From positions 55,027-75,026 of IMG/VR virus record IMGVR_UViG_3300031963_000089: a stretch of DNA of 20,000 nucleotides. One strand, written 5' to 3'. This document shows, one piece after another, positions 8,478-18,244 of this stretch (the stretch's first letter is position 1; each line of letters opens with the position of its first letter). The notes beneath the pieces are model-generated. The model was not told the origin of the DNA and searched no databases. It saw nothing but the letters and a program-made list of their open reading frames with translations. The DNA is from an uncultured virus (IMG/VR IMGVR_UViG_3300031963_000089) (Duplodnaviria > Heunggongvirae > Uroviricota > Caudoviricetes). The translations under genes and the position numbers were made by a program.

Positions 8478-10266
8478 CTGTAATTGGGTCGTTAACTTGT
8501 GTAGTGTTTATATTATTAACATTACTTCCTTCAGGTATTAATCTAAAAATGAAGTTTTCATGCACATAATGTTTGTTATTTAAAAAAGGTCTATCAACAC
8601 CTCGTCCAATATCATCAATGAAACCATAAGGATATATATCTCTCCATCTGAAATCATTATTATAACTTGAGAAGAAAGCGTAAGTAGGTAAATTAACTAA
8701 AGGAAAATTTTGAGGATTACTTTCGTCACTTTGTTCTACATAATCAGAAAAAACTCTTATTTGAAACTTATAATGTGGTTTATAGTAATAACCTTCAGTA
8801 TTTGGATTCGATTCACCAATAGGTGATGTTTTAAATATTTTTTGATTAAAATTTATTTTTTGGTAATATTCAGACAAAACAGTTTCAGTTTGTGTCATAT
8901 CATTCCATTCACAAATATCCCCATCAAGAGTATCTCCAACATTATATGGTAAATTGTAATAAAATCTTAAAGTGGTACCACCAGGTGATGTTTTATCATA
9001 AAAACTAGTTTGAACGTTTGTTAACGCTAACGTGTTTGTATCGTTCCACCATGTATTTAAATTTGGCCCGAGATTAAACTCCCATCCCTGTTTTAACCCC
9101 ACCCCATTAACAATTGGTTTATTAAAAAATCCAAAATATCCTCTGTTTACTACTGTAGTATAAAATTCAGTGACAGGTCTATTTAAATTATCTAAAAGGT
9201 TATTTATATCAACATCGTTTTTAAATGATAAGTTATAACTTTGTGAACCCTCTTTTATTGAAATTCTTGGACTCAAGTTTGGAGTTAATGCCTTTGACTC
9301 ATATTTTGTATTTGTACCAAATGGATTATTTTCAAAACCTGTTTTTGTTAATTCTGATTCATTGTAACTTGTAATAACTTTGTGTCTTCTTACGTAATAT
9401 TTTGATTTTGATTCAGGATTACCTTTAGTTGTAATTCGTTTCATTAATCCAATTGCACCATCATAAAAATTACCACAATCAGCATAACCTAAATTATATA
9501 TTGTGAATATTCTATCTTGATTATTCGCATATGAATCACCTAAAGTATAAACATCAAAGGTATTATTAGTGTTACAAGAAATTGTTAATTCAACACTATC
9601 ACCTTCACTTAAATTATGATTAAATGGACACGTAAATTGAATTACAGGTTTACCATTTATAAATTCATTACTTACTACAAATGGAATTCCATTCCCAATA
9701 ATCCAATCAAAAGTATTACCATCATCTAATAAAATTTGTAATTGTTTTGTATAATCACTTTCAAAAGGATATGTTAGATAAAAAAACCAATTGTAAAACG
9801 TTGCCTCTAAAGTATTAAATGGTACATGTGGAGTTTGGTTATTTTGAATGGTTGTATATCCAGGAACATTATAATCCGTTCTTATAAACTCAAACTCATG
9901 ATATTGTGGTAAACCAGCCCAAGCAATTTCAAAACTAGGGTCAGGATTACTATTTTGTAAAATTCTATACGTTTCAGGACTTATATAATATAAGTTCCTA
10001 TTAATTGGTGAATACGGATTTGTAATTGGTTGTGTTAAACCAGAATAAGCATTTTCAAAAAGAAGGGTAAACTTACAAGTAAAATTAAAAATTGTTGATT
10101 GTTGCCTTTCGGTGTCAAACCTTAAAGCCAAATCAATTCCTAAATTTCTTTCATACTCGGTGAGTTCCTTTAGAGTACTATCCAAAGTAACATTAATTTT
10201 AGTATCAATGTCAGGAGCACTTGCATATCTTGCAGTACCTTTTAATATTTGAAAATTATCATTCAA
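8464..10266 (-). CDS. Hypothetical baseplate/tail-associated protein (600 aa), TTG start
   Basis: The start codon is TTG (10266-10264), directly after an in-frame TAA and overlapping the upstream gene's end. Contains HNLSEGDSVEL, an HxLxxGDxV beta-domain motif frequent in phage tail proteins. Confidence 0.65.
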   Translation of the reverse strand: MNDNFQILKGTARYASAPDIDTKINVTLDSTLKELTEYERNLGIDLALRFDTERQQSTIFNFTCKFTLLFENAYSGLTQPITNPYSPINRNLYYISPETYRILQNSNPDPSFEIAWAGLPQYHEFEFIRTDYNVPGYTTIQNNQTPHVPFNTLEATFYNWFFYLTYPFESDYTKQLQILLDDGNTFDWIIGNGIPFVVSNEFINGKPVIQFTCPFNHNLSEGDSVELTISCNTNNTFDVYTLGDSYANNQDRIFTIYNLGYADCGNFYDGAIGLMKRITTKGNPESKSKYYVRRHKVITSYNESELTKTGFENNPFGTNTKYESKALTPNLSPRISIKEGSQSYNLSFKNDVDINNLLDNLNRPVTEFYTTVVNRGYFGFFNKPIVNGVGLKQGWEFNLGPNLNTWWNDTNTLALTNVQTSFYDKTSPGGTTLRFYYNLPYNVGDTLDGDICEWNDMTQTETVLSEYYQKINFNQKIFKTSPIGESNPNTEGYYYKPHYKFQIRVFSDYVEQSDESNPQNFPLVNLPTYAFFSSYNNDFRWRDIYPYGFIDDIGRGVDRPFLNNKHYVHENFIFRLIPEGSNVNNINTTQVNDPITDGCE

Positions 10267-13200
10267 TTACTTCTTCTGTATTTACGTATTTTATTAAAAA
10301 TCTATCTAACGCACTTCCACCTCTCTTTAAACCAAAATAGAAGTGGTTTGGCGCACCTACTAAAAATTGAGGATTAAAGTTTTGTGTCGGTATCGTATCT
10401 GTCGGTATATTATTTGAATCAAAGTTTATTAAAGTCCCTCTATAATTAGCCGCCAAGTTACCATCCACTTGGAAATATCGACTAGCGTTATTAAATCTAT
10501 CTAATTTTTGGTACTTATATTGGAAAAATGAGTTATTAAACTCACCTGTTGAGTCAGGATAATTTGTAACCCAATTGTTATTTTGTGAACCAAAAATTGT
10601 CCCATAGTCCATTGGTTGTCCGTTTTCATTATTCATCTTAATTAATTTCCATAAATAAAATGGTACCTCTTGTGTCTTAACAGGAATTTCCGTAAAGTTG
10701 TATTGTGGAGGTGTATCAATTGTTGCCTGTGGATTCCATATAGTTCTTCTTGGTGAGATGTAATCCCTGTCTTGAGTATTTCCAGTCAATAACAAACCAA
10801 AGAATGGGAAATTATTTTCATCCCCCAAAATTACAGGTTGATAAATAGACGTTAAAGGTTGAGCGTAGTTTGAAACACTAAATGGTGAAATTCCAAACTC
10901 AGAATTTACTGATATCATTTGAGCGTAATCGGCATCAACTAAAGCAGGTACTGTACTACTATTATTATTTTCCCATCGTCTGTTTTTAAAAAATCCTCTT
11001 ACAGTTGGGTCATCAGTACCTTCATTAACACCCGGAGTTGTCGGTATTAAAAATTGTAAAAAGTTAGGATTTACTAAACGACTTAAAATAAACAAATTAA
11101 GAATTTCAGAAACATTGTTATAACTCGTAGATTTAATTTTAGAAACAATGTAACCATCATAATCATCGTTATTAACTAATTCCTGAATAAAGTAAGCCTT
11201 TGGCCCTAAATCTAAAATTGTTGTAGGTGATTGTAAAAATTTATAATTACCAAAATCAATAGTATTACCAAAAGTTGTATTATTTTTACCGATAAATCCT
11301 TCAGTCACCGACCAAGGAGAACTTCTATAATAAAAGTTATTACTTGTTTCATGGAAATATATTGTATCTCTACAAAAAATACTGTACGGTCTATTATCAG
11401 TTCCTGTAAAAACTCTTTTATTATTAAACGGATACGCATATAATGTACCATTTATCCACTGATTAGAAAATGAATGTGAAAACACATTAAAACATACCGC
11501 ATTATTAACTTTAACTCTTTGTGACCATTCAACAATTGACCTTATATCGTCAGGAATAGTCGCAATTAATTTTGATACCAAATTATAACATCCTGTACCG
11601 TAATTAAAGAATTTTTTATTACTTGAAGTTGGATTCATTAATTCTTCACAATCAGGTTTTATTGTAGGTACACCATTAATTAACTCATAACATTTTAACA
11701 TTACCGCCTTTTCACAATCAGCAAGTGAATCCGCAACTTCAGCGTAAGGTAAAAATTGATTAGTACTGTCATTAATTGAAAATGCCTGTTGTGTTACATT
11801 AGTTAATTCTGATTGTTCACCAGTATCATCATATTGGAAAATTGCAAATGTCGGGTTTTGATGCATAAAATAACTATTACCACCATTGATAGATTCAGAT
11901 GTTGACGTTGGTAACCTGTCAGTTCTAACTACAATTTTATTTTTATTAACAATATTAATGTTTGTAAATATTGAGTATCCATCAGTATTTGAATTGGCAA
12001 ATGAGTTTGTACTATTGTATGATGGTGAAATAAAACCTTTATTAGATAAGTAAAACGCTCGACTACAAGGTTCGTTAGAACATGATTCACATGAATCATC
12101 ATAAAGTCCACTAATTCCAAAATTTAAAAAGTAAAATGATTGACCTTCAAAGGTTGAGTAAGGTGAATAATATGCAAATGTTGTATCGGGGAAATTCCAT
12201 CTATTAAAAGTAATAACCGTTGTAGTAGGTTTTGGTAGTACACAGTTTCCTTGCCCACTACCAGGACAATCATGACTAACATCAAAATAACCACCCATAA
12301 AATTAATGTTCAAGTTATTCCTAACATAACCCGCCGAAAAATCTAGGTATAACGGATTATAATCATTTGTTGAGAATTGTGGAGGTATTTGACCCGCCGC
12401 AGCACTTTGACCAAATGTTGTTCTATCAAATGATGAATAATAATTCATCATGTTAGTAGTATAAGGTGAAAATAAATTTTGAGTATATGAAAAAGCGTAA
12501 CTATCATAAAACACAGTACCACCATATTGGTCAGCATCATTATTAGTACCCAATTGATTATGCCTCACACAATGATAAGTTGAATATAAATTTGGTTGTA
12601 ATGGTACATTTAATTTATAATAACCCTCAATATAAAAATTAGGGTTATTGAAAGTTTGATTTATCGTAGGTAAAGAACCATTACCATTAACATATCCAGC
12701 CCCTCCATAAGGTTGGATTTGGAAAAATGGTTCCATATATATTCTTTGTTTAACTCTTGGTGAATGGACATCAACACCTCTCATTAAAATAACAATTTGA
12801 TAATCATCAATATTTGTTATCAAATCACTTATACCCTCAATATTTTGAGGATTATCAAATCTCCTTACTCTTTGTCTATAACAACTAAATGTTTCATCCA
12901 TAGTTGCCCATTCATAATGAGACATATTATAATTCCAAAAATCAGCAAATTTTGGAGCGTTATTATTTCCAAGTACGTCTGATGCAATTTGTTTATATTC
13001 TCCAATTGTCCAACCTGTTATTACTTGATAGTATTCAATATCTGATGGAAATCCTGTCGTTTTAGGTAAACTATCAAATCCTGATATATTATATGTTGTC
13101 ATCATCTGACCAGCCGTTTGAGGATTTGTCCATCTTATATTAACATGTGATAAATTACTAGTAGTACCAGTCGCATATATCTCTCTTTGTTCTGAAAAAT

Positions 13201-15838
13201 AATTTGGGTCATTAGACATGTCCCTATCTTGGAATGAGACTATTTTACCAGTTTCTAATGGAGAAGCTGTCGGGTCAATCAACAATACCGTAAAATTATC
13301 CATATGGTATTTTGTTTGAGGATTGTTCAAATCAGGCTCAATTGACACTATCATTCTTGTTGAGCCGTAAAACAGATTAAAATTACCAAAATCAGTTTCA
13401 ATATCAATACCCGTAAAATATCTTCCCTTATTGTTCCAAGAATTTAAAACTTCAGAGAAAGGTATATTAGTTGAAAAATGGTTGTTTGAAATTTGTTTAA
13501 TGTCAGTTTCATTATTATTAACCTCAACTTCAACCTCAATGTCTGAGGTCACAATTGGAAATCTATCATATAAAAAGTATTGATTTGGATTTACATTTCC
13601 TGCATAAATCCCTGAAACATAGTCAGATTCAATATTATCACTTTGATATATACTAAAATCTGTTGAGTCAATTAAAATACTTGTATTTAATAATGTAAAT
13701 AAATTAGGTTGTCCAATCGCATCAAAATTGGCTCTTTGGTCATCTAATCGACAATTACATCTTTCACATCCATCTTCAGTATAAAGTAATAATGGTAATC
13801 CAAGATTTTTAAAAGGATTACCCGCAAATAAACTAGACACATCTATAGGTGTTAAACATGGTCTTTCAGGTCTACCTAATCTTCGTCTTATCCAATTTAA
13901 TCCAATACATATACCACGTACAACACTCTGTATTAATACGATAATACCCGCCAAAATTGGGCCAACAACTAACCATAAAAATCCTAAAATGTGAGCAATA
14001 ATCATTAAAATCATTGCAATATATCTAAAAATTTCAAAGAATATGTTATATACTATATATGTAAAATTAACTCTAAAAAACGCATCATTAGTTGGGAATT
14101 TATTATATTCCCCAGTACATTTATCATCTAAAATATTTTTAATACCTGTTGTATTCCAAGGTCTCCTTTCCGAAACATATCTATCCATCAACTGACTGAC
14201 AGTATAAACTTTATTATACTGAAGTTCCATAAATGTGTCTTCACAATTTATTGCCGCTGATATATTCGCATAGTCAGTCCAATCTAAACTAAATGCATAT
14301 GATTGTTCAAGTAAAAATCTATCCTCATCAATTTTCAAAAAGTTAATAATAGCGTCCGAGCCATTGTCTATCCTATCATAAACAAAATATAAAGATGCAA
14401 AATCTTCTGGATATATATTTTGTGAAAGATATTGAGTACCGTTTGAATAGAATATTTGGAAGTTTTCGACGTTTAATGTATTAGTTAGTCTATACACCTT
14501 ATTAGTTTCAAATTCATTTAAATATTCTGATAAGTAAACATATTCCCCATTTTCGTTAGGGGAATTTGATGGGATATTTACAGATACAGGTATTCCTATT
14601 TGTTGATTAAAATTACTATCTAAATAAGGGTCGTCTGAATTAGTCCATCCATATTCTTTAATATTTGGAACTAAGAAATAAGCTCTTTTAGTACTTTCAG
14701 AAAGTTCAGGCCCTTGTTCCCATTTTACCTTAAATCTATACTTACCTTTTGTCGGTATACCAACTTCAGGATTTTGAGTTATTTGTTGATTACCCTCTTC
14801 ATCGGTATACACATAGTCAAGATTCATTGGAACCTCTAATAGCCAAGTTCCATTCTCATCAATTACTTTACCTCCATTTTCTAACTCAACTGTTTCTAAT
14901 ATAGGTAACCCATCACTATCAGTTCTATAACTTTGTCTAATCGCCAATATTTGTCCTGGCCCTGAAGTTAAGTCACACAAGTCACCCATAGTTTTTGGGA
15001 TTTTACATTTGTCGTAAACGTTGTTATAACCTAATTTAGTTTCATCAACTGTAGAAACCAATGAACCCATAAAAACTGCAGTAGGTGAAATAGTAACTTG
15101 AGCTTCAGCAGTTAAGTCAAAGTCAGTTCTTGCAATATAATAATCACAAGTTTCTTGTTCACCATAAAATGGTGCAACTTGTACTGTTTTTGATATTGTT
15201 ACAATTTGTGGTAATTCACTATAATTTTCAGAAAACTTAAACTGTGCTCCGTTGACTTGTGATTCGGTTGCTCTACCAATTCTAATTAAATCCGCCGGTG
15301 TAAATGAAAACTCACCAATATCAGACAAGTCAACTTGCATGAATAAAGTGTGTTGTCCGGGTGGTACACCTAAAATCATAAAGTCACCTGAACCATTTGT
15401 GGTAACAACAAACTTAAAATACTTGTCGTAAACCTGAATTACTGACTTATTAGTTAAAGCATCATTTCTATCAGGAAAAGTCCCAACAGGAATGTGTCCT
15501 GTGTAAGAGGGTGTGTAAGGTAATAAATTGTATTTGTAACCATCTTCATTAACGTCATTAATTGTTCTGTATGGGTATAATGTACTAATTACAGTATCAT
15601 TGATGTCTGCCTCATCTAAAGCAATAAAAATAGATATTTTAGCGTTAGGTAGACCAAATCCGTTATTACAGAAAACTCTACCAACAACTACTCCGTAGTC
15701 CGCACAAGCTCTAATGTAAGTGTCGTTTGGATTAATTGATAATGATAATAATTCAAGTGTATCAAAATTTTGTTCAAGTTTTACCTGAATTACTTTATCA
15801 ATCCCTAACTCTGTTCTAATTCTATAAGATGAAGACAT
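10259..15838 (-). CDS. Large putative baseplate-associated protein (1859 aa) with an N-terminal prealbumin/carboxypeptidase-regulatory-like fold, an internal hydrophobic segment and Cys clusters
   Basis: N-terminal GVVVGRVFCNNGFGLPNAKISIF...TTNGSGDFMILGVPPGQHTL; a hydrophobic stretch of about 60 aa ending WIRRRLGR; CERCNC and CESCSNEPC motifs; directly downstream of the gp6-like gene. Confidence 0.65.
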   Translation of the reverse strand: MSSSYRIRTELGIDKVIQVKLEQNFDTLELLSLSINPNDTYIRACADYGVVVGRVFCNNGFGLPNAKISIFIALDEADINDTVISTLYPYRTINDVNEDGYKYNLLPYTPSYTGHIPVGTFPDRNDALTNKSVIQVYDKYFKFVVTTNGSGDFMILGVPPGQHTLFMQVDLSDIGEFSFTPADLIRIGRATESQVNGAQFKFSENYSELPQIVTISKTVQVAPFYGEQETCDYYIARTDFDLTAEAQVTISPTAVFMGSLVSTVDETKLGYNNVYDKCKIPKTMGDLCDLTSGPGQILAIRQSYRTDSDGLPILETVELENGGKVIDENGTWLLEVPMNLDYVYTDEEGNQQITQNPEVGIPTKGKYRFKVKWEQGPELSESTKRAYFLVPNIKEYGWTNSDDPYLDSNFNQQIGIPVSVNIPSNSPNENGEYVYLSEYLNEFETNKVYRLTNTLNVENFQIFYSNGTQYLSQNIYPEDFASLYFVYDRIDNGSDAIINFLKIDEDRFLLEQSYAFSLDWTDYANISAAINCEDTFMELQYNKVYTVSQLMDRYVSERRPWNTTGIKNILDDKCTGEYNKFPTNDAFFRVNFTYIVYNIFFEIFRYIAMILMIIAHILGFLWLVVGPILAGIIVLIQSVVRGICIGLNWIRRRLGRPERPCLTPIDVSSLFAGNPFKNLGLPLLLYTEDGCERCNCRLDDQRANFDAIGQPNLFTLLNTSILIDSTDFSIYQSDNIESDYVSGIYAGNVNPNQYFLYDRFPIVTSDIEVEVEVNNNETDIKQISNNHFSTNIPFSEVLNSWNNKGRYFTGIDIETDFGNFNLFYGSTRMIVSIEPDLNNPQTKYHMDNFTVLLIDPTASPLETGKIVSFQDRDMSNDPNYFSEQREIYATGTTSNLSHVNIRWTNPQTAGQMMTTYNISGFDSLPKTTGFPSDIEYYQVITGWTIGEYKQIASDVLGNNNAPKFADFWNYNMSHYEWATMDETFSCYRQRVRRFDNPQNIEGISDLITNIDDYQIVILMRGVDVHSPRVKQRIYMEPFFQIQPYGGAGYVNGNGSLPTINQTFNNPNFYIEGYYKLNVPLQPNLYSTYHCVRHNQLGTNNDADQYGGTVFYDSYAFSYTQNLFSPYTTNMMNYYSSFDRTTFGQSAAAGQIPPQFSTNDYNPLYLDFSAGYVRNNLNINFMGGYFDVSHDCPGSGQGNCVLPKPTTTVITFNRWNFPDTTFAYYSPYSTFEGQSFYFLNFGISGLYDDSCESCSNEPCSRAFYLSNKGFISPSYNSTNSFANSNTDGYSIFTNINIVNKNKIVVRTDRLPTSTSESINGGNSYFMHQNPTFAIFQYDDTGEQSELTNVTQQAFSINDSTNQFLPYAEVADSLADCEKAVMLKCYELINGVPTIKPDCEELMNPTSSNKKFFNYGTGCYNLVSKLIATIPDDIRSIVEWSQRVKVNNAVCFNVFSHSFSNQWINGTLYAYPFNNKRVFTGTDNRPYSIFCRDTIYFHETSNNFYYRSSPWSVTEGFIGKNNTTFGNTIDFGNYKFLQSPTTILDLGPKAYFIQELVNNDDYDGYIVSKIKSTSYNNVSEILNLFILSRLVNPNFLQFLIPTTPGVNEGTDDPTVRGFFKNRRWENNNSSTVPALVDADYAQMISVNSEFGISPFSVSNYAQPLTSIYQPVILGDENNFPFFGLLLTGNTQDRDYISPRRTIWNPQATIDTPPQYNFTEIPVKTQEVPFYLWKLIKMNNENGQPMDYGTIFGSQNNNWVTNYPDSTGEFNNSFFQYKYQKLDRFNNASRYFQVDGNLAANYRGTLINFDSNNIPTDTIPTQNFNPQFLVGAPNHFYFGLKRGGSALDRFLIKYVNTEEVIE

Positions 15839-15868
15839 GTGTGTTTTTTAATAAATAGTTTACACACG
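15836..15868 (-). promoter_or_regulatory. TATTTAT motif (15857-15851) in the loop of a GTGTGT/ACACAC hairpin abutting or including the start codon
   Basis: Minus strand CGTGTGT-AAACTATTTATTAAAAA-ACACAC-ATG. Confidence 0.55.
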
Positions 15869-15889
15869 ATTTTCAAAAAATAAATGATG

Positions 15890-17761
15890 TTAACTGAAAT
15901 TAACTGTTGTTAGATTTTTAATCGACACTTTAATGTCTTTATCAGGGAATCTAACATTAAAAATCTGATTTGGTTCAGCGTAAATAGTATCCTCTATAAC
16001 CTTAATTTCTTTTGTTGTTGTATTAGAATATGATTGAGAAACTTGTGATGATGAATATAATCCACCAACTCGGTTATAAACATTTATAGATGCAACAGTA
16101 ATAACACCTTCCTCACTTTGTATTAATGCTCTCAATTGTGATATATAAAGATTTTCACCCATACCTCGATTACTTGGACTCATATAGGTATTAATCTTTG
16201 ATATAATATTTGAAATTACAACGCCCTGATTTTGTGAACTATTAAGAACAATAAAAATATCAAATGCTAAATCAATAACTTGAGCCGGAAGAACCTGAAT
16301 ATAATCATTCATCATTCTGTAATTTGACAAATAGGTAGCAATGTTAGTTTTTAATGTATTAGAAATTGTTTCAGTCAATGCTCCATTTGAATCATAGGAT
16401 AAAATCTGAACATTTATTTTATTATCGACTTCAGTAATCGCAACTTTTGCAGGTGCTCCAAATCTTGAAGGCATTTTTCTAATTATAGCCTCGTAGTCAT
16501 TAATCGTTACTGCTCTGTTTTGTGCCGCAAAGTTAAATGTGATTAAATTTCTAATTTCTTCAATACTTGGATAATTTGCCCCTCCAATCGCAGGTAATAC
16601 ATTATTACAAGATAAAGAATTAATTACCGCAGTAACTTTATTTTGGTCACTACCATATACATTAAAGTTTACAGTTCCAAGTTGAGTAATTGAGCCTGGC
16701 CCAAGATTACTCACCAATCCACCTCCAACACGATACTGAACAAATAATGTGGAATTACCTTTAAGAGTTGAACCTAAAGAATAGTTATTTTGATATTTTG
16801 AAATATCTAAAGGAGTTCCATTAGTGGTAAATTGTCTTAGTAATTCATCTGAAGATGTGTTTCCTCCACCAAAAGTTAATTTTAAAAATCCTTGTGGAGT
16901 ATATTCAGTAATAAACTTTTGATTTGTTTTATAATAACGACCAACTTTAACACCTGTTTCATCCTGTGGTTTTGTTGGGTCTTCAATAAAAATACTATCT
17001 TGAGCTAAAGCTTCAACTTCAAACCATTTGTTAGTTAAGTTTGTAGTATCCATAAACTCTTGAGCTGAAGGAATATTGTTGTAATTCGTACCATCTTTTA
17101 GAATAACACCTGTTACACCTAATACATTTTTTTCAGGTAAGAAAAATTCAAAAAATGGTCTTGTTTCAGGAGTATTAATAACTCTTTTGAATACTTTTGT
17201 AATACCATTAATAACAACTTCTCTTTTTGTAATTGTATAGTTAATTAATATATTGTTAGCATCAAAGTTAGGAATTACAGTTCTATTAACAATCCCTTCA
17301 CTATTAAAGTCATTACCAAAATCAACATCGTATAAAGTTTCAAAAGTTTGTCCAGCACCAATCACCTGACTACCTTTAGCTAAAATTCCAAAATAAGCAG
17401 AGTCTGGTGGTTGTAATGTACCTGTGCTAGATTGTACTGCCGGAGCGTCACCAAATGGTGGAACTTGTACTGAGAAATCAACCAATGAAATTGAAGGTCT
17501 CATTCCAGGAATTTTTAAACCATAGGTTCGAGCAATATTATAAAGTGAACTTGGTTGTTGTGCAAATTGTAAAACAGTTTCTTGTAAACTTCTATCAATG
17601 TGATAATTTAAGTTATCGGTAACCGCAGCATTTAAATCAAGTAAAACAGAAAAAACAGATGCATCATTTACGTTTTGAATTAAATCAGGATAATAAGTTC
17701 TAACATAGTTTATTAACTCTAATCTAATTGCCTGAAAATCTCTTGTAGTATATGATATCAT
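15890..17761 (-). CDS. Baseplate wedge subunit (T4 gp6 / baseplate J-like)
   Basis: N-terminal YTTRDFQAIRLELINYVRTYYPD...LLDLNAAVTDNLNYHIDRSLQET...AQQPSSLYNIARTYG, plus YRVGGG and AIGGANYPSIEEIR...AAQNRAVTINDYE, all typical gp6/J motifs; adjacent to the gp25-like gene. Confidence 0.9.
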   Translation of the reverse strand: MISYTTRDFQAIRLELINYVRTYYPDLIQNVNDASVFSVLLDLNAAVTDNLNYHIDRSLQETVLQFAQQPSSLYNIARTYGLKIPGMRPSISLVDFSVQVPPFGDAPAVQSSTGTLQPPDSAYFGILAKGSQVIGAGQTFETLYDVDFGNDFNSEGIVNRTVIPNFDANNILINYTITKREVVINGITKVFKRVINTPETRPFFEFFLPEKNVLGVTGVILKDGTNYNNIPSAQEFMDTTNLTNKWFEVEALAQDSIFIEDPTKPQDETGVKVGRYYKTNQKFITEYTPQGFLKLTFGGGNTSSDELLRQFTTNGTPLDISKYQNNYSLGSTLKGNSTLFVQYRVGGGLVSNLGPGSITQLGTVNFNVYGSDQNKVTAVINSLSCNNVLPAIGGANYPSIEEIRNLITFNFAAQNRAVTINDYEAIIRKMPSRFGAPAKVAITEVDNKINVQILSYDSNGALTETISNTLKTNIATYLSNYRMMNDYIQVLPAQVIDLAFDIFIVLNSSQNQGVVISNIISKINTYMSPSNRGMGENLYISQLRALIQSEEGVITVASINVYNRVGGLYSSSQVSQSYSNTTTKEIKVIEDTIYAEPNQIFNVRFPDKDIKVSIKNLTTVNFS

Positions 17762-17765
17762 AGTT

Positions 17766-18218
17766 TTATATATTAATAATTACAAACCCCGGTGTATTAA
17801 ATACATTATTTGTAATATTATAATTTATTCTTACTTTAGCAGTGTACTCAACTTCAGGAGTGTTAGTAAAATTAAATTCAGTCGCCGACTCATTATTAAT
17901 TTGTAAAGTATCTTGAGTAGCGACCGCAGGTTCAATTTTAACTGAAGTAATAGTTAATCCTGGTATGTAAGTCTCAACCGCTTCTTTTATTTCTGTTTCT
18001 ATTTGGTCAAAAGTAGGACTATCAAGTGGTTCAAAAATAAACTCATATAATCTTGTCCCAAAGTTTGGCATAAAGTATCTACTACCCTTTCTTGTAAGTA
18101 ATAAATGTATTAAACTACTTCTAATTTCTTCTTCACTTGTGTCCGATAAATCCAAAAATTTACCATTTAATGAATCTTTAAAAGGAAAAGTAATACCGTA
18201 TGTTACACCATTTGCCAT
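17766..18218 (-). CDS. GPW/gp25 family baseplate wedge (sheath initiator) protein
   Basis: GITFPF...EEIRSSLIHLLLTRKGSRYFMPNFGTRLYEFIFEP...IKEAVETYIP is the gp25/GPW signature. Confidence 0.92.
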   Translation of the reverse strand: MANGVTYGITFPFKDSLNGKFLDLSDTSEEEIRSSLIHLLLTRKGSRYFMPNFGTRLYEFIFEPLDSPTFDQIETEIKEAVETYIPGLTITSVKIEPAVATQDTLQINNESATEFNFTNTPEVEYTAKVRINYNITNNVFNTPGFVIINI

Positions 18219-18223
18219 ATCAA

Positions 18224-18230
18224 ATAAATA
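18224..18230 (-). promoter_or_regulatory. TATTTAT upstream motif (candidate late promoter)
   Basis: Minus strand AGTATTTATTTGAT-ATG; 5 nt before ATG 18218. Confidence 0.55.
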
Positions 18231-18244
18231 CTGAAAAATTAAAT

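Noticed and set aside
11929..12982. 63-aa (-) and 61-aa (+) ORFs
   Set aside because: Short ORFs wholly inside the 1859-aa gene, expected by chance.
15890..18218. Bacterial T6SS, eCIS or tailocin interpretation of the gp25/gp6-like genes
   Set aside because: No Tss/Afp accessory genes are recognisable; the adjacent nrdA, uniform strand, tight overlaps and shared upstream motif fit a phage genome better.
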